Shown here piece by piece: positions 26,311 through 35,756 of a stretch of DNA of 64,000 bases. Every line of letters starts with the position of its first letter. The stretch's first letter is position 1. The translations under genes were made by a program, and so were the position numbers. The notes below the pieces were generated by a model. The model had not been told where the DNA came from. It made no database searches and was given only the letters and a program-made list of their open reading frames with translations. Location of the stretch: positions 24,676 through 88,675 of the forward strand of contig CAMRVD010000001.1 in the NCBI GenBank assembly GCA_947054085.1, given 5' to 3'. This DNA comes from an uncultured Clostridia bacterium. Its GTDB lineage: Bacteria; Bacillota; Clostridia; Christensenellales; UBA1242.

Positions 26311-26859
26311 TTATTTTTTACTACTACCAAAAAGCCCCGTGCCACGCTCGGAAGATATTTGCATAAGATCCTCGTAGCTAATTTCGTTTATTTGCATTTT
26401 AGGTACTGGTAGCACAATTAATTGGGCTATGGCTTTACTATACGGATAATATATACAACTGTTTGTTTTGTGCTTTTTACCGCCACTTACAAAAGTTTTG
26501 CCAAGTTCCTCTGGTGATTTTTTAGTAATTACCACATCTTTTTTATTTACATTACTAAGCAATATTAGATACTCGCCGCGATAACCGCTATCTATTACTC
26601 CAGCACTTTTTTTAAGCCCAATTTTGCCTGTACTACCGCGTTCTTCTACTTGAACATAATAATCCTTACTAAAAGCACTTGCAACTCCCGTTGGTACAGC
26701 ATAAGTCGTGTGAGCTTTTATAACCAAAGTATCTTCTGCAAAGTCTGCATAAATATCGTAACCCGCATCCTCTTCCCTCTTTGTTGGAATTTTAGCAGTT
26801 GGGCGTACTTTTGCAAAATATATTTGATTATCTTGTTGTGTTTTTAAACCTTTTTCCAT
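26311..26859 (-). CDS. dut: dUTP diphosphatase (trimeric dUTPase family)
   Basis: Motifs AGYDIYA, ERGSTGKIG, GVIDSGYRGE, C-terminal RGTGLFGSS. Confidence 0.85.
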   Translation of the reverse strand: MEKGLKTQQDNQIYFAKVRPTAKIPTKREEDAGYDIYADFAEDTLVIKAHTTYAVPTGVASAFSKDYYVQVEERGSTGKIGLKKSAGVIDSGYRGEYLILLSNVNKKDVVITKKSPEELGKTFVSGGKKHKTNSCIYYPYSKAIAQLIVLPVPKMQINEISYEDLMQISSERGTGLFGSSKK

Positions 26860-26966
26860 AAAAAAGCTCCTAAAATCTATTTTAAATAATTATAGCACAC
26901 ACCATGTAAATATCAAAATAAAATAATGTACATAAAAACTCAACTTGTAATAAATACTAACCGTAA

Positions 26967-28403
26967 ATGAAGTATACACAAAAATTAGTAAATTCCTATT
27001 TTGCAAAAAACAGCGGCGTTACCTGCCGCACTTTAAACGTGCAAAACACCAACATTAACGTATTTTATGTAGATTGTTTAATAGATAAAACTTACCTAGC
27101 CCAATCAATAATAGACCCTATTGTAAAAATTGGCAATAAAGTTTCGCCAGAGGCTATAAAAACTGCAGTTAGTGGCGTGGAACTTAAAAGCTTACAACAA
27201 AAATCTGACATAGTTACCGATATACTTAATGGCTATGCAGTATTTTTTATAGAAGATACTCAAGATGTATATTCGGTTGCTTGCCAAGGGTACACAACTC
27301 GGTCGATAGCCGAACCTCCAACAAGCCAAGTAACTAAAGGTCCAAGAGAAGGCTTTGTAGAGGATTTAAGCGTAAACCTAAGCCTAATAAGACGAAAGAT
27401 AAAATCGCCCGAACTAAGTATAAAAAATCTTGTTGTAGGTAAAGTTACACAAACAAAACTCGCTGTTGTTTACATAGATAACATTGCCGACCATGGTCTT
27501 GTTAAAAAACTAGAAAAACAATTATCTAAAATAGACATAGACGGAATTATCGATAGCTTTTACATATCAACTTTACTAGAAGAAGGCAAACTGAAATTTT
27601 TACGACGCATAGGCAATAGCGAAAAGCCCGATGTTATTTGTAGCCGTCTATTAGAAGGCAGGGTTGCAATTGTAGTTGATGGCTCTCCCATAGTGCTTAC
27701 CGTTCCATTTTTGCTAGTAGAGGATTTACAAAGCCCAGAAGACTACTACTCCATTCCAGCCCGAGCTACAACGCTTAGAATCATCCGATTTATTGGTTTA
27801 ATTTTAGGTTTTACACTGCCAGGCATTTATGTAGCACTACAAAGTTACCAGTATAAAGTTCTACCTTTAAACTTTTTAGTAACGTTGCTTAGCAGTATAC
27901 AAGGTATAAGTTTTCCTCCGCTTATAGAAATACTGTTTGTACTATTTTTATTTGATATTTTAGCAGAAGCCAGTGCCCGAATGCCAAAACTTCTGGGCAT
28001 GGCGTTATCTATAATCGGTGCACTTGTTCTTGGTGAAACAACAGTAAAAGCAGGTATAATTAGCCCTCCAAGTATAGTAGTTGTTGCAATATCTAGTATT
28101 ATGCTTTTTATTGTACCCGATCAAGTGCCACAGGTATCGCTTCTTAGAATGATTTTTACTATTGTTGGAGGAATTGCAGGGTTTTATGGCATGATTATGT
28201 GTTTTGTAGCTCTTACAACTTACTTAATTAGTGCAAATGGTTACGGAGCACCATTTTTAGCTCCGTTTGCACCAAGCGTATCTAACGATAAACAAGATGG
28301 CATTATCAAAAAACCATTAACCGAATTAAAACAACGACCAACAAGTATTTCAACGCGAAATAAAACACGGTATAAACCGGCTGAGGGGGTGGATAATGAA
28401 TAA
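26967..28403 (+). CDS. spore germination protein, GerA (A-subunit) family
   Basis: …EPPTSQVTKGPREGFVEDL…RRKIKSPEL…EGRVAIVVDGSP… typical of the GerAA/KA family. Confidence 0.85.
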   Translation: MKYTQKLVNSYFAKNSGVTCRTLNVQNTNINVFYVDCLIDKTYLAQSIIDPIVKIGNKVSPEAIKTAVSGVELKSLQQKSDIVTDILNGYAVFFIEDTQDVYSVACQGYTTRSIAEPPTSQVTKGPREGFVEDLSVNLSLIRRKIKSPELSIKNLVVGKVTQTKLAVVYIDNIADHGLVKKLEKQLSKIDIDGIIDSFYISTLLEEGKLKFLRRIGNSEKPDVICSRLLEGRVAIVVDGSPIVLTVPFLLVEDLQSPEDYYSIPARATTLRIIRFIGLILGFTLPGIYVALQSYQYKVLPLNFLVTLLSSIQGISFPPLIEILFVLFLFDILAEASARMPKLLGMALSIIGALVLGETTVKAGIISPPSIVVVAISSIMLFIVPDQVPQVSLLRMIFTIVGGIAGFYGMIMCFVALTTYLISANGYGAPFLAPFAPSVSNDKQDGIIKKPLTELKQRPTSISTRNKTRYKPAEGVDNE

Positions 28404-29622
28404 TAGGTTTATGATAACCCGAAAGCAGGCAATAATGTTGTTTTTAATATGCACTATTAGTAGTAAGTTGCAAAAACTGCCTTGTCTTCTTGCATGCGAA
28501 GTGTCTAGCGATATTTGGCAAGTACTGCTTCTTGGGGCATTATTTGATATTGTGTTTATAATTTTAACTATTGCAATAACAAATCTTTGTCCGCAAACTA
28601 CAATAGCCGACATGCTTAATAAAACTTTTGGAAAAACCTTTGGTTTTATAATAGGAGCAATGCTACTATTTTACTTTATCTGTACTTCTCTTATGCCGTA
28701 CCAAGCAGTGCGTGATGTATTTGCAAGTAACTTATTTGATAAGCTGTCGTGGCAAATTTTTTCTATATTTTTACTACTTACCGTTGGATATTTGGCGTTT
28801 TCGGGTATGCGAACAATAGGAAGAACTGCCGAACTATATTTTTGGATAATATCAGTAAGTGTTGTAGCACTAATTACTTTAGGTTTAATAACCTCACCCC
28901 TATCTAACGTACTACCTGCCTTTACCACACCTTTTAACAAAGTTTTACGATGCACAACAAAACATTCTATATGGTTTGGAGATTACTTAATTTTTTATGT
29001 ATTAATTGGACACATTAAGCCCGATAAAACCGCATTAAAATTTACCGACACCTTTTATTATCTTGGTGCTATACTTATATATTCAGCAGCATATGTAGCT
29101 TTTTACGGACTGTATACTGTGCTATTTTCTACCCAAACAAGTCTACTTACAAGTATTTCTAGTTTTTCGCTTTTAGATTTAGATATTGGTAGAGCCGATT
29201 GGTTTTTGGTTTTATTTAGCCAAATTGCCAGCGTAATAAGTTGCTCTACGTACATATATTGTGCAACCAATTGTTTAAATAGATTAACTGGTAATAAACA
29301 TTATGGTTTATGTTTAATTGCATGCCTTTTGGTTTTATATTTTACAGACATTTTTGGTTTTGGAAATATAGATGTAGGTATAACGATGTTTATTCTTATA
29401 ACTAAATGGCCTGCCACTATAATACAAACAATAGTGCCCGTAATCTGCTTTATTTCTGCATTAATTTTATACCGACGCAATAAAAAACAAAGTAGTAATG
29501 GTATAAGTTTAAAACAAAATAATCTAGCTAAAACAAAAACTCTAAATAAAAATTTATCTAACAGCGGAAACAAAGTTAATAGACACTGTAAACCACTAAA
29601 AAAAGCGAGGGAATCATGTTAG
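28396..29622 (+). CDS. spore germination protein, GerAB (permease-like B-subunit) family
   Basis: 10-TM permease-like ORF. Overlaps the A-subunit gene by 8 nt and the C-subunit gene by 7 nt. Confidence 0.78.
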   Translation: MNNRFMITRKQAIMLFLICTISSKLQKLPCLLACEVSSDIWQVLLLGALFDIVFIILTIAITNLCPQTTIADMLNKTFGKTFGFIIGAMLLFYFICTSLMPYQAVRDVFASNLFDKLSWQIFSIFLLLTVGYLAFSGMRTIGRTAELYFWIISVSVVALITLGLITSPLSNVLPAFTTPFNKVLRCTTKHSIWFGDYLIFYVLIGHIKPDKTALKFTDTFYYLGAILIYSAAYVAFYGLYTVLFSTQTSLLTSISSFSLLDLDIGRADWFLVLFSQIASVISCSTYIYCATNCLNRLTGNKHYGLCLIACLLVLYFTDIFGFGNIDVGITMFILITKWPATIIQTIVPVICFISALILYRRNKKQSSNGISLKQNNLAKTKTLNKNLSNSGNKVNRHCKPLKKARESC

Positions 29623-30983
29623 ATTTTATAAAAAAACATTTGTGGTTATTTTTGGTAGTTGCATTGTTGCTATTGTTTCCTCAAAGTTTAACCGACCAAG
29701 CACGACTTAATATGCGTGTTATAATTACTGGCATTGGTATAGACTATAAAGATGACAAATACATTGTAACCTCTCAAATAGTTTTACCCGCAAGCGGCAG
29801 CGAAAGTGGAGGGATTAGTGCTCATATTAACTATATAACAGCCGAGGGTGATTCGGTTAGCGAGGGGGTACAAAAGGTAAGCTATAAAATCGGTAAAGTG
29901 GCAGAACTTTCGCATATCGAATTCATATTAGTTGGTAAAACCATGCAAGATCATAATATTGCCAGTAGTTTAGATTACTTTTTTAGAAATTACAAACTAA
30001 AAAATAGCGTGATGCTATTGGGTTGCAATAACGATGCCAAAGAAGAAATTCAAAAAACTTCTTCTTTGGAACTAAGTGTTGCCCTAGGTATGCAAAAAGT
30101 ATATACATCTAACGAAGCATCTTTAAATGGCATAGCTAAAAGTTATGTAGAGTTTATTAACGATACATACAGTGCATCGGGCACTAGCGTTTTAGACACT
30201 TTGGAAATTATAGCCGGTTCGTCTAACAGTGATAGCCAAAGCGACACAAGTTCGGGCGATGCTTCTGGTGACAACCAAAGCTCGGGTGGTCAAAGTTCAA
30301 CCGGTACAGAAGGTCAGCAAGGTAGTGCAAGTTCGGGCAGTGGCGGACAAAGCTCTGCATCTTCTGGGTCAAGCTCCGGTCAATCCAGCGACTCTGGTAG
30401 CCCTAGTTCTAGCGGAGGATCTCAGGGCGGTAATATTGCAATTCAAACCCCACTACTATTATACAAACGCGGTAATCTAGTAGGTAAAATAGAAGACAAA
30501 GATGCAATTTTAGGATACTACTATACCCTTAAAAATTCTAATACTGGCAATATATTTATTACCGATTTTAGTTACGCAGAAGCACAAAACGCTAACATAA
30601 ACATACAGATAGATCGAATGAAAAAAAGTAATAAAATTAATTTTATAAATGGAAAACCCGTGCACGAGATAAATATTAAAATAACCGAAGCAAAAATAGA
30701 CGAAATAGCAAGCAAAACTTTAAATAATACCGAACTTTACAAAACAATGAAACCCGATATGCAAGCCGAAATTTTAAAGGCGGCATCGCAAAAGATTGAA
30801 AGTTTTGTAACAAAAGCATTTACTATAGCAAAAGAGCAAAACTTTGATGTATTTAATTCTGCAACACTTGCTAATAAGTTTAAGTATGGTGATTATCAAA
30901 ACTACATTACAACTTTTGGCGAAGAAAATTTTGTAAAAGATTTATCGGTAATTGTTAATGTAACATTTGATAATGTTTCTTAA
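29616..30983 (+). CDS. Ger(x)C-family germinant receptor C-subunit with Ser/Gly-rich insertion
   Basis: Third gene of the A-B-C operon; …RVIITGIGIDYKDDKYIVTSQIV… is Ger(x)C-like. 71-aa S/G/Q low-complexity insertion encoded at 30219-30431. Confidence 0.72.
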   Translation: MLDFIKKHLWLFLVVALLLLFPQSLTDQARLNMRVIITGIGIDYKDDKYIVTSQIVLPASGSESGGISAHINYITAEGDSVSEGVQKVSYKIGKVAELSHIEFILVGKTMQDHNIASSLDYFFRNYKLKNSVMLLGCNNDAKEEIQKTSSLELSVALGMQKVYTSNEASLNGIAKSYVEFINDTYSASGTSVLDTLEIIAGSSNSDSQSDTSSGDASGDNQSSGGQSSTGTEGQQGSASSGSGGQSSASSGSSSGQSSDSGSPSSSGGSQGGNIAIQTPLLLYKRGNLVGKIEDKDAILGYYYTLKNSNTGNIFITDFSYAEAQNANINIQIDRMKKSNKINFINGKPVHEINIKITEAKIDEIASKTLNNTELYKTMKPDMQAEILKAASQKIESFVTKAFTIAKEQNFDVFNSATLANKFKYGDYQNYITTFGEENFVKDLSVIVNVTFDNVS

Positions 30984-31098
30984 TTGCAGAATGTACTAAA
31001 AATACTCGACAATATAATAAGAATAAGCAAACACGCATTGCGGGAATAAATTTTTCCCCTAACAAAAACAGGATAATATTTTAGTCACTTAGTATCAC

Positions 31099-31132
31099 AA
31101 AAAAATCTGCCTATCATTTGGCAGATTTTTTT
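31099..31132. terminator. bidirectional intrinsic terminator
   Basis: AAAAAAATCTGCC-TATCATTT-GGCAGATTTTTTT. Confidence 0.75.
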
Positions 31133-31153
31133 ATATATACATTTACCCTTACT

Positions 31154-32608
31154 TTATTTCTTTTTTGTTTTTTTTACATTGGTTTTTGGCTTATCTTCTT
31201 CTACATTTGCAACATAAGCCACCATTGGGGCAGGCTCGGCACTAATTGCAGAAACTTGAGTTGTGCTAATTACATTTATAGTTTCTGCTGCACCGTAATC
31301 CTTGTGAGCATTTTTATTGCGATTAATTTTTTTCCAAACAGGTTTACAAAATGCTCCGATGCACATGGTTAAGCAGTACACAACGGTAAACATCGGGAAC
31401 ATTAACGCACCATCCATAAGCTCGCGTCTGTGTTTTGCCCCTAGTTTTTTATAATCGAACATTACAAGCAGTGTACCTTGTCCTATGCCAGCTAGCAAAA
31501 ATAGAACTCCTAAAATAATGCCTATAAATATCAACTGATTGGTTGCACCCATAGTATTAATACCAACAGCCGTGGCGGCAGCATCGGTAAATAAACCCAT
31601 GCCCCACAAGTATGCAAAGTTATAAATATAATATGCAGGTATCCATGTACAAAGTATTACGCAAATTATATTAAACATGTAGGTTAAAATTTGTTCTATA
31701 TAACTAAAGTTAAATGTTGTAAAGAACTTACCTATCATTTTAAAGGAGTATTTACCAAGCAACCTTACATTTCCTGCGGCAATTCGCTTGTTTCGAGCAA
31801 ACGTGTCTTTAAATGTGGATGGCAAATCTTCGTAAACAACTGCGTCCTCTACAAAGTGACACCTGTGACCCTCTAGCATACGTTTAAAAATAAACTCGGT
31901 ATCCTCGGTAATAGACGTTGTGTCGTAGCCACCAATCTTTTTTATAATGCTGAAGTCTACCATGCTGCCCGGACCATTTACATGGGCGTCCATATGTAAT
32001 CTTTCGCGAACACGCGAACTAAACCTACTATCAAACGAATAATATAGTCCGCAAGCTTTTGTGTATAAGTTTTGTGTCATGTTTAATGCACTTTCGTATG
32101 GACGTGCTATTTTGCAGCCTGCCTGAAAAGCATCGTTCATTAAACTAAAAAATTGATCGTTAGCATGGTTATCTGCATCGAAACGTATAACAAAATCGTA
32201 CTCTTTTCCGCTTGCAAGAATTTGTTCGTAACCATGTTTTAGTGCATAGCTTGCAATGTGACGTGATTTATCGGGGTCGTTAAATTCAAAAACTATAGCT
32301 CCTGCTCTTTTTGCCTCTGACGCCGTATTATCGGTGCAGTTATGAGCAACTACGTATATATCGTACATATCCTTAGGGTAATCTTGTAATTTTTTTAGCC
32401 TATCTACAGTATCAAAAATTACGTCCCCCTCGTTATGTGCAGGTATAAATACACATATTTTACCTTTTTTGTCACTTTTTTTAAACTTCTTTTTTGGTAG
32501 CCAAAATAATAGCAAATATAAAAATTGTAACATAAACGGGATGCCAATAAACATTAGCACTATATTGTTTATAATAAACAATATATTATACATATCTACA
32601 TGCCACAT
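31154..32608 (-). CDS. family-2 glycosyltransferase, membrane-embedded (processive synthase-like)
   Basis: …CVFIPAHNEGDVI…, RFDADNH (DxD), N- and C-terminal TM segments. GGAGGG SD before the ATG at 32608. Confidence 0.72.
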   Translation of the reverse strand: MWHVDMYNILFIINNIVLMFIGIPFMLQFLYLLLFWLPKKKFKKSDKKGKICVFIPAHNEGDVIFDTVDRLKKLQDYPKDMYDIYVVAHNCTDNTASEAKRAGAIVFEFNDPDKSRHIASYALKHGYEQILASGKEYDFVIRFDADNHANDQFFSLMNDAFQAGCKIARPYESALNMTQNLYTKACGLYYSFDSRFSSRVRERLHMDAHVNGPGSMVDFSIIKKIGGYDTTSITEDTEFIFKRMLEGHRCHFVEDAVVYEDLPSTFKDTFARNKRIAAGNVRLLGKYSFKMIGKFFTTFNFSYIEQILTYMFNIICVILCTWIPAYYIYNFAYLWGMGLFTDAAATAVGINTMGATNQLIFIGIILGVLFLLAGIGQGTLLVMFDYKKLGAKHRRELMDGALMFPMFTVVYCLTMCIGAFCKPVWKKINRNKNAHKDYGAAETINVISTTQVSAISAEPAPMVAYVANVEEDKPKTNVKKTKKK

Positions 32609-32752
32609 AAAACCCTCCAAAGCAAGACATTTTTGGTTTTGCTTTATAAAAAATAATCTATAAAAAATATTTTAATAATTGTAGTGTCTTTTATATTTAC
32701 TATACTACAATATTTAAATTTGTGTGTAAACCCTTTTTACTTATTTAGTAAA

Positions 32753-33781
32753 TTAAAAGCAAATTAGTACTGCTATAACGCCCGCAGCAATTGCAGCTAG
32801 TATACTTCCTGCTATTGCCATAATTTTACCTATCGACTTTGGCGACTTACCGACAACTTCGCCTGTAATCCCGTTTATATAGCAATGATAATTTTTACCT
32901 TTATAACTATAATGGTTCATAAATACCGGAAAATATAAATGACTAAATGTAAGGTTTTGCAAACTAGTTTCTGCATGTAAATGTACAATCTCGTCGTACT
33001 TTTCCTTAAGCTTATGCCTAACTATATTTTCGCCAGTGTTAATGCAGCTTTTATTTAAGTTTTCTACAGCTTGTTGTATAGATATATTAGTATTAGCTGC
33101 ACAATATCCAAACAAGTAATCCAGGCTATATGGTACAATATCTGATGGCTCTATTTTACAAATTTTATCAATCAAATCAGAATCTACAACGCTATTAGCT
33201 GACATTACACTATTTTTTATAGGAAGCGTTTCTACATCCCTTAGCGTATGTACAGTACTAAAAATTGTATCTGTGCTGCTATCTGTATGAACCTTTTTAA
33301 CTGTAGCAACGTATCTACTTACCGCAACACCATTTAAATTATAAATAGGAACATAAACGCTACTTATTTTTTTATTGCGTGCCATCACAATTAAGTTTTT
33401 GGGTGCTAATTTGCGTTTATGAAGCCAGTTAAAAAATATTTCCGACGCTTTATCTTTTGCAAACTTAAAGGGAATAATTCCATCTGGTGTATTGGTTTCG
33501 TTTTGGGATTTAACAAGCGTTGTCGCACCGCAACTTGGGCATCGAGTGCTTATTTTATCTGTTTGTACACTGTGTGTAGATTTGCAAGTATTACAAAAAA
33601 ACACACTTTGATTAAAATTATTTTGCGGAGTATAATCACTTTCGTACTTTCTAATAAGTTTTGCGTTTTTGCTGGCAGATATTGGATAGGTACTGTCGCA
33701 ATGGTCACAACATAGCATTTCTTTGTGTGGATTAAACTTAACGCTAGACCCACAATTAATGCATTTGGTAATTTGTTTCAT
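32753..33781 (-). CDS. double zinc-ribbon protein with C-terminal TM anchor, unknown function
   Basis: CINCGS…CCDHC and CNTC…CPSCG cysteine pairs; C-terminal hydrophobic helix. Confidence 0.55.
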   Translation of the reverse strand: MKQITKCINCGSSVKFNPHKEMLCCDHCDSTYPISASKNAKLIRKYESDYTPQNNFNQSVFFCNTCKSTHSVQTDKISTRCPSCGATTLVKSQNETNTPDGIIPFKFAKDKASEIFFNWLHKRKLAPKNLIVMARNKKISSVYVPIYNLNGVAVSRYVATVKKVHTDSSTDTIFSTVHTLRDVETLPIKNSVMSANSVVDSDLIDKICKIEPSDIVPYSLDYLFGYCAANTNISIQQAVENLNKSCINTGENIVRHKLKEKYDEIVHLHAETSLQNLTFSHLYFPVFMNHYSYKGKNYHCYINGITGEVVGKSPKSIGKIMAIAGSILAAIAAGVIAVLICF

Positions 33782-33893
33782 AAATTATCCTTAACAAGAT
33801 TAAAATAACTTTTTTGTATATGATTATTAATTTTACTACAATTTTTACATTTTTGCAATTATTTTAACAATTAAAGACATTGTTTTAAAAAAT

Positions 33894-33920
33894 AAAAAAC
33901 CACCTAATACTAAGGTGGTA
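33894..33920 (-). terminator. intrinsic terminator after the ABC operon
   Basis: - strand ACCACCT-TAGTATT-AGGTGGTTTTTTATT. Confidence 0.7.
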
Positions 33921-33932
33921 TTTATACTGCTA

Positions 33933-35756
33933 CTAATTATTATCTATCAAAAACTGCGAATTATATAACTCGGCGTAACTACCATTTTTAGCAAGTAGTT
34001 CTTGGTGAGTTCCCTGCTCTACAACATCACCATCTTTTAAAAGTAAAATCAAATCGGCGTTTTTAATAGTAGAAAGCCTATGTGCTATTACAAAACTAGT
34101 TTTACCCTTGGACAAATTATCCATAGCCTCTGCAATAATTTCTTCGGTGCGAGTATCTACACTGCTTGTCGCTTCGTCTAAAATTAGCATCGAAGAGTTT
34201 TGCACCATTGCTCTTGCTATGGTAAATAACTGACGCTGACCGGCAGACAAACTAGATTTTTCGTCTATATAGTGATTTAGTCCGTCTGGAAGTGACCCAA
34301 TAAAGTGCCAAATATTGCTAGCCTTACAAGCCGAAATAATATCTTTTTCGGTAGCACTACTATTGCCATACATTAAATTTTCGCGAATAGTCCCGTCAAA
34401 CAACCAAGTATCCTGAAGCACCATTGCAAATTTACTACGAACATCTTCTCTTTTTAAATCTTTAATGTTTACTCCGTCGATAAGTATTTCACCTTCGTTA
34501 TAATCATAAAATCTCATAAGAAGGTTTACAATAGTAGTTTTGCCCGCACCCGTTGGGCCTACAATTGCAATTTTTTGTCCGGGATATGCAACAAAAGATA
34601 AATCCTTAATTATAACTTTATCTTCCGTATAACCAAATTTTACATGTTTAAACTCTACTTTGCCACTAAAATTATCTATTTTTGCAGTTTTAGAACTTTC
34701 ATCCTCTTGTTCCTTTTCGTCCAAAAATTCAAAGACTCTTTCGCTTGCTGCAACAGTAGACTGCAAACTACTAGAAATATTAGATAATTGATGAAGAGGG
34801 TTATTAAATTGTCTTATATAGGTTAAAAATATAGGAATCTGTGCAATAAAAGCAATAGCATTATATCTGCCGTTAATAATTAATATTGCCGATACTACAC
34901 AGCAAAGTACATAGCTAAAGTTTGTAACCATACCCATTATAGGGTGCAATATTCCACCTAAAAACTGACTTTTATATGCACTTTTATATAGTTTACTATT
35001 AGTTTTTTCAAATTTTTGGTTTTCACGTTTTTGACCGTTATATACTTTTACTATTTGCTGAGCCGAATATACTTCTTCTATCTGACCATTAACTAATCCT
35101 AACGACTTTTGTTGCTCCCTAAAGTATTTTTGCGAAAATTTAACAACAATTAATGCCAAAACAATTGTAATAGGTATACTACCAATTGCAAGCAGTGTTA
35201 GTTCCCAACTTATTGTAAACATAAATGCCGGAACAGCAATTATTGTTACAATACTTGTAATTAATGTAGTGATACTACTGTTTAAATTAAACGAAATGGT
35301 ATCTACATCGTTAGTAATTCGGCTTAAAATATCACCGTATGTATTATTATCAAAATAACTAAGTGGTAATCTGTTTGTTTTTTCGCTAATCTCGCCACGC
35401 AGTTTACGACAAATTCTTGCATTAATGTTTGCCATTATAAAATTTTGAATAATACTTAAAAATACCCCGCTTACAATTATAAGCAAAAAGTATATACAAA
35501 GTTCGCCAATTTGGCTTATTGCGTAACTTTTTAGTTCTAATAACTTAGAAATTTTAGTTAAATATTTAGGTGCGTAAATAGTTAAGATTGTTCCTCCAAT
35601 AGCAAGCAATACACTTATTATTATCATTGGCAAAAATGGCTTTATATATATAAGCAATTTACCCAAACTCTTTTTAAAATTTTTAGCTTTTTGCCCGCCT
35701 GGAGCACCTTTAATTGCCATACTTGGCATTTTACCAGCTGGAGATTTATTTGCCAT
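33933..35756 (-). CDS. ABC exporter, fused permease/ATPase (heterodimer partner 2)
   Basis: 6-TM domain followed by GPTGAGKTT, LSAGQRQL, ILDEATS. Confidence 0.9.
   Translation of the reverse strand: MANKSPAGKMPSMAIKGAPGGQKAKNFKKSLGKLLIYIKPFLPMIIISVLLAIGGTILTIYAPKYLTKISKLLELKSYAISQIGELCIYFLLIIVSGVFLSIIQNFIMANINARICRKLRGEISEKTNRLPLSYFDNNTYGDILSRITNDVDTISFNLNSSITTLITSIVTIIAVPAFMFTISWELTLLAIGSIPITIVLALIVVKFSQKYFREQQKSLGLVNGQIEEVYSAQQIVKVYNGQKRENQKFEKTNSKLYKSAYKSQFLGGILHPIMGMVTNFSYVLCCVVSAILIINGRYNAIAFIAQIPIFLTYIRQFNNPLHQLSNISSSLQSTVAASERVFEFLDEKEQEDESSKTAKIDNFSGKVEFKHVKFGYTEDKVIIKDLSFVAYPGQKIAIVGPTGAGKTTIVNLLMRFYDYNEGEILIDGVNIKDLKREDVRSKFAMVLQDTWLFDGTIRENLMYGNSSATEKDIISACKASNIWHFIGSLPDGLNHYIDEKSSLSAGQRQLFTIARAMVQNSSMLILDEATSSVDTRTEEIIAEAMDNLSKGKTSFVIAHRLSTIKNADLILLLKDGDVVEQGTHQELLAKNGSYAELYNSQFLIDNN

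Noticed and set aside
30229-30480. 83-aa alternative-frame ORF inside the Ger(x)C gene
   Set aside because: A shadow of the Ser/Gly-rich low-complexity coding region, with no independent signals.
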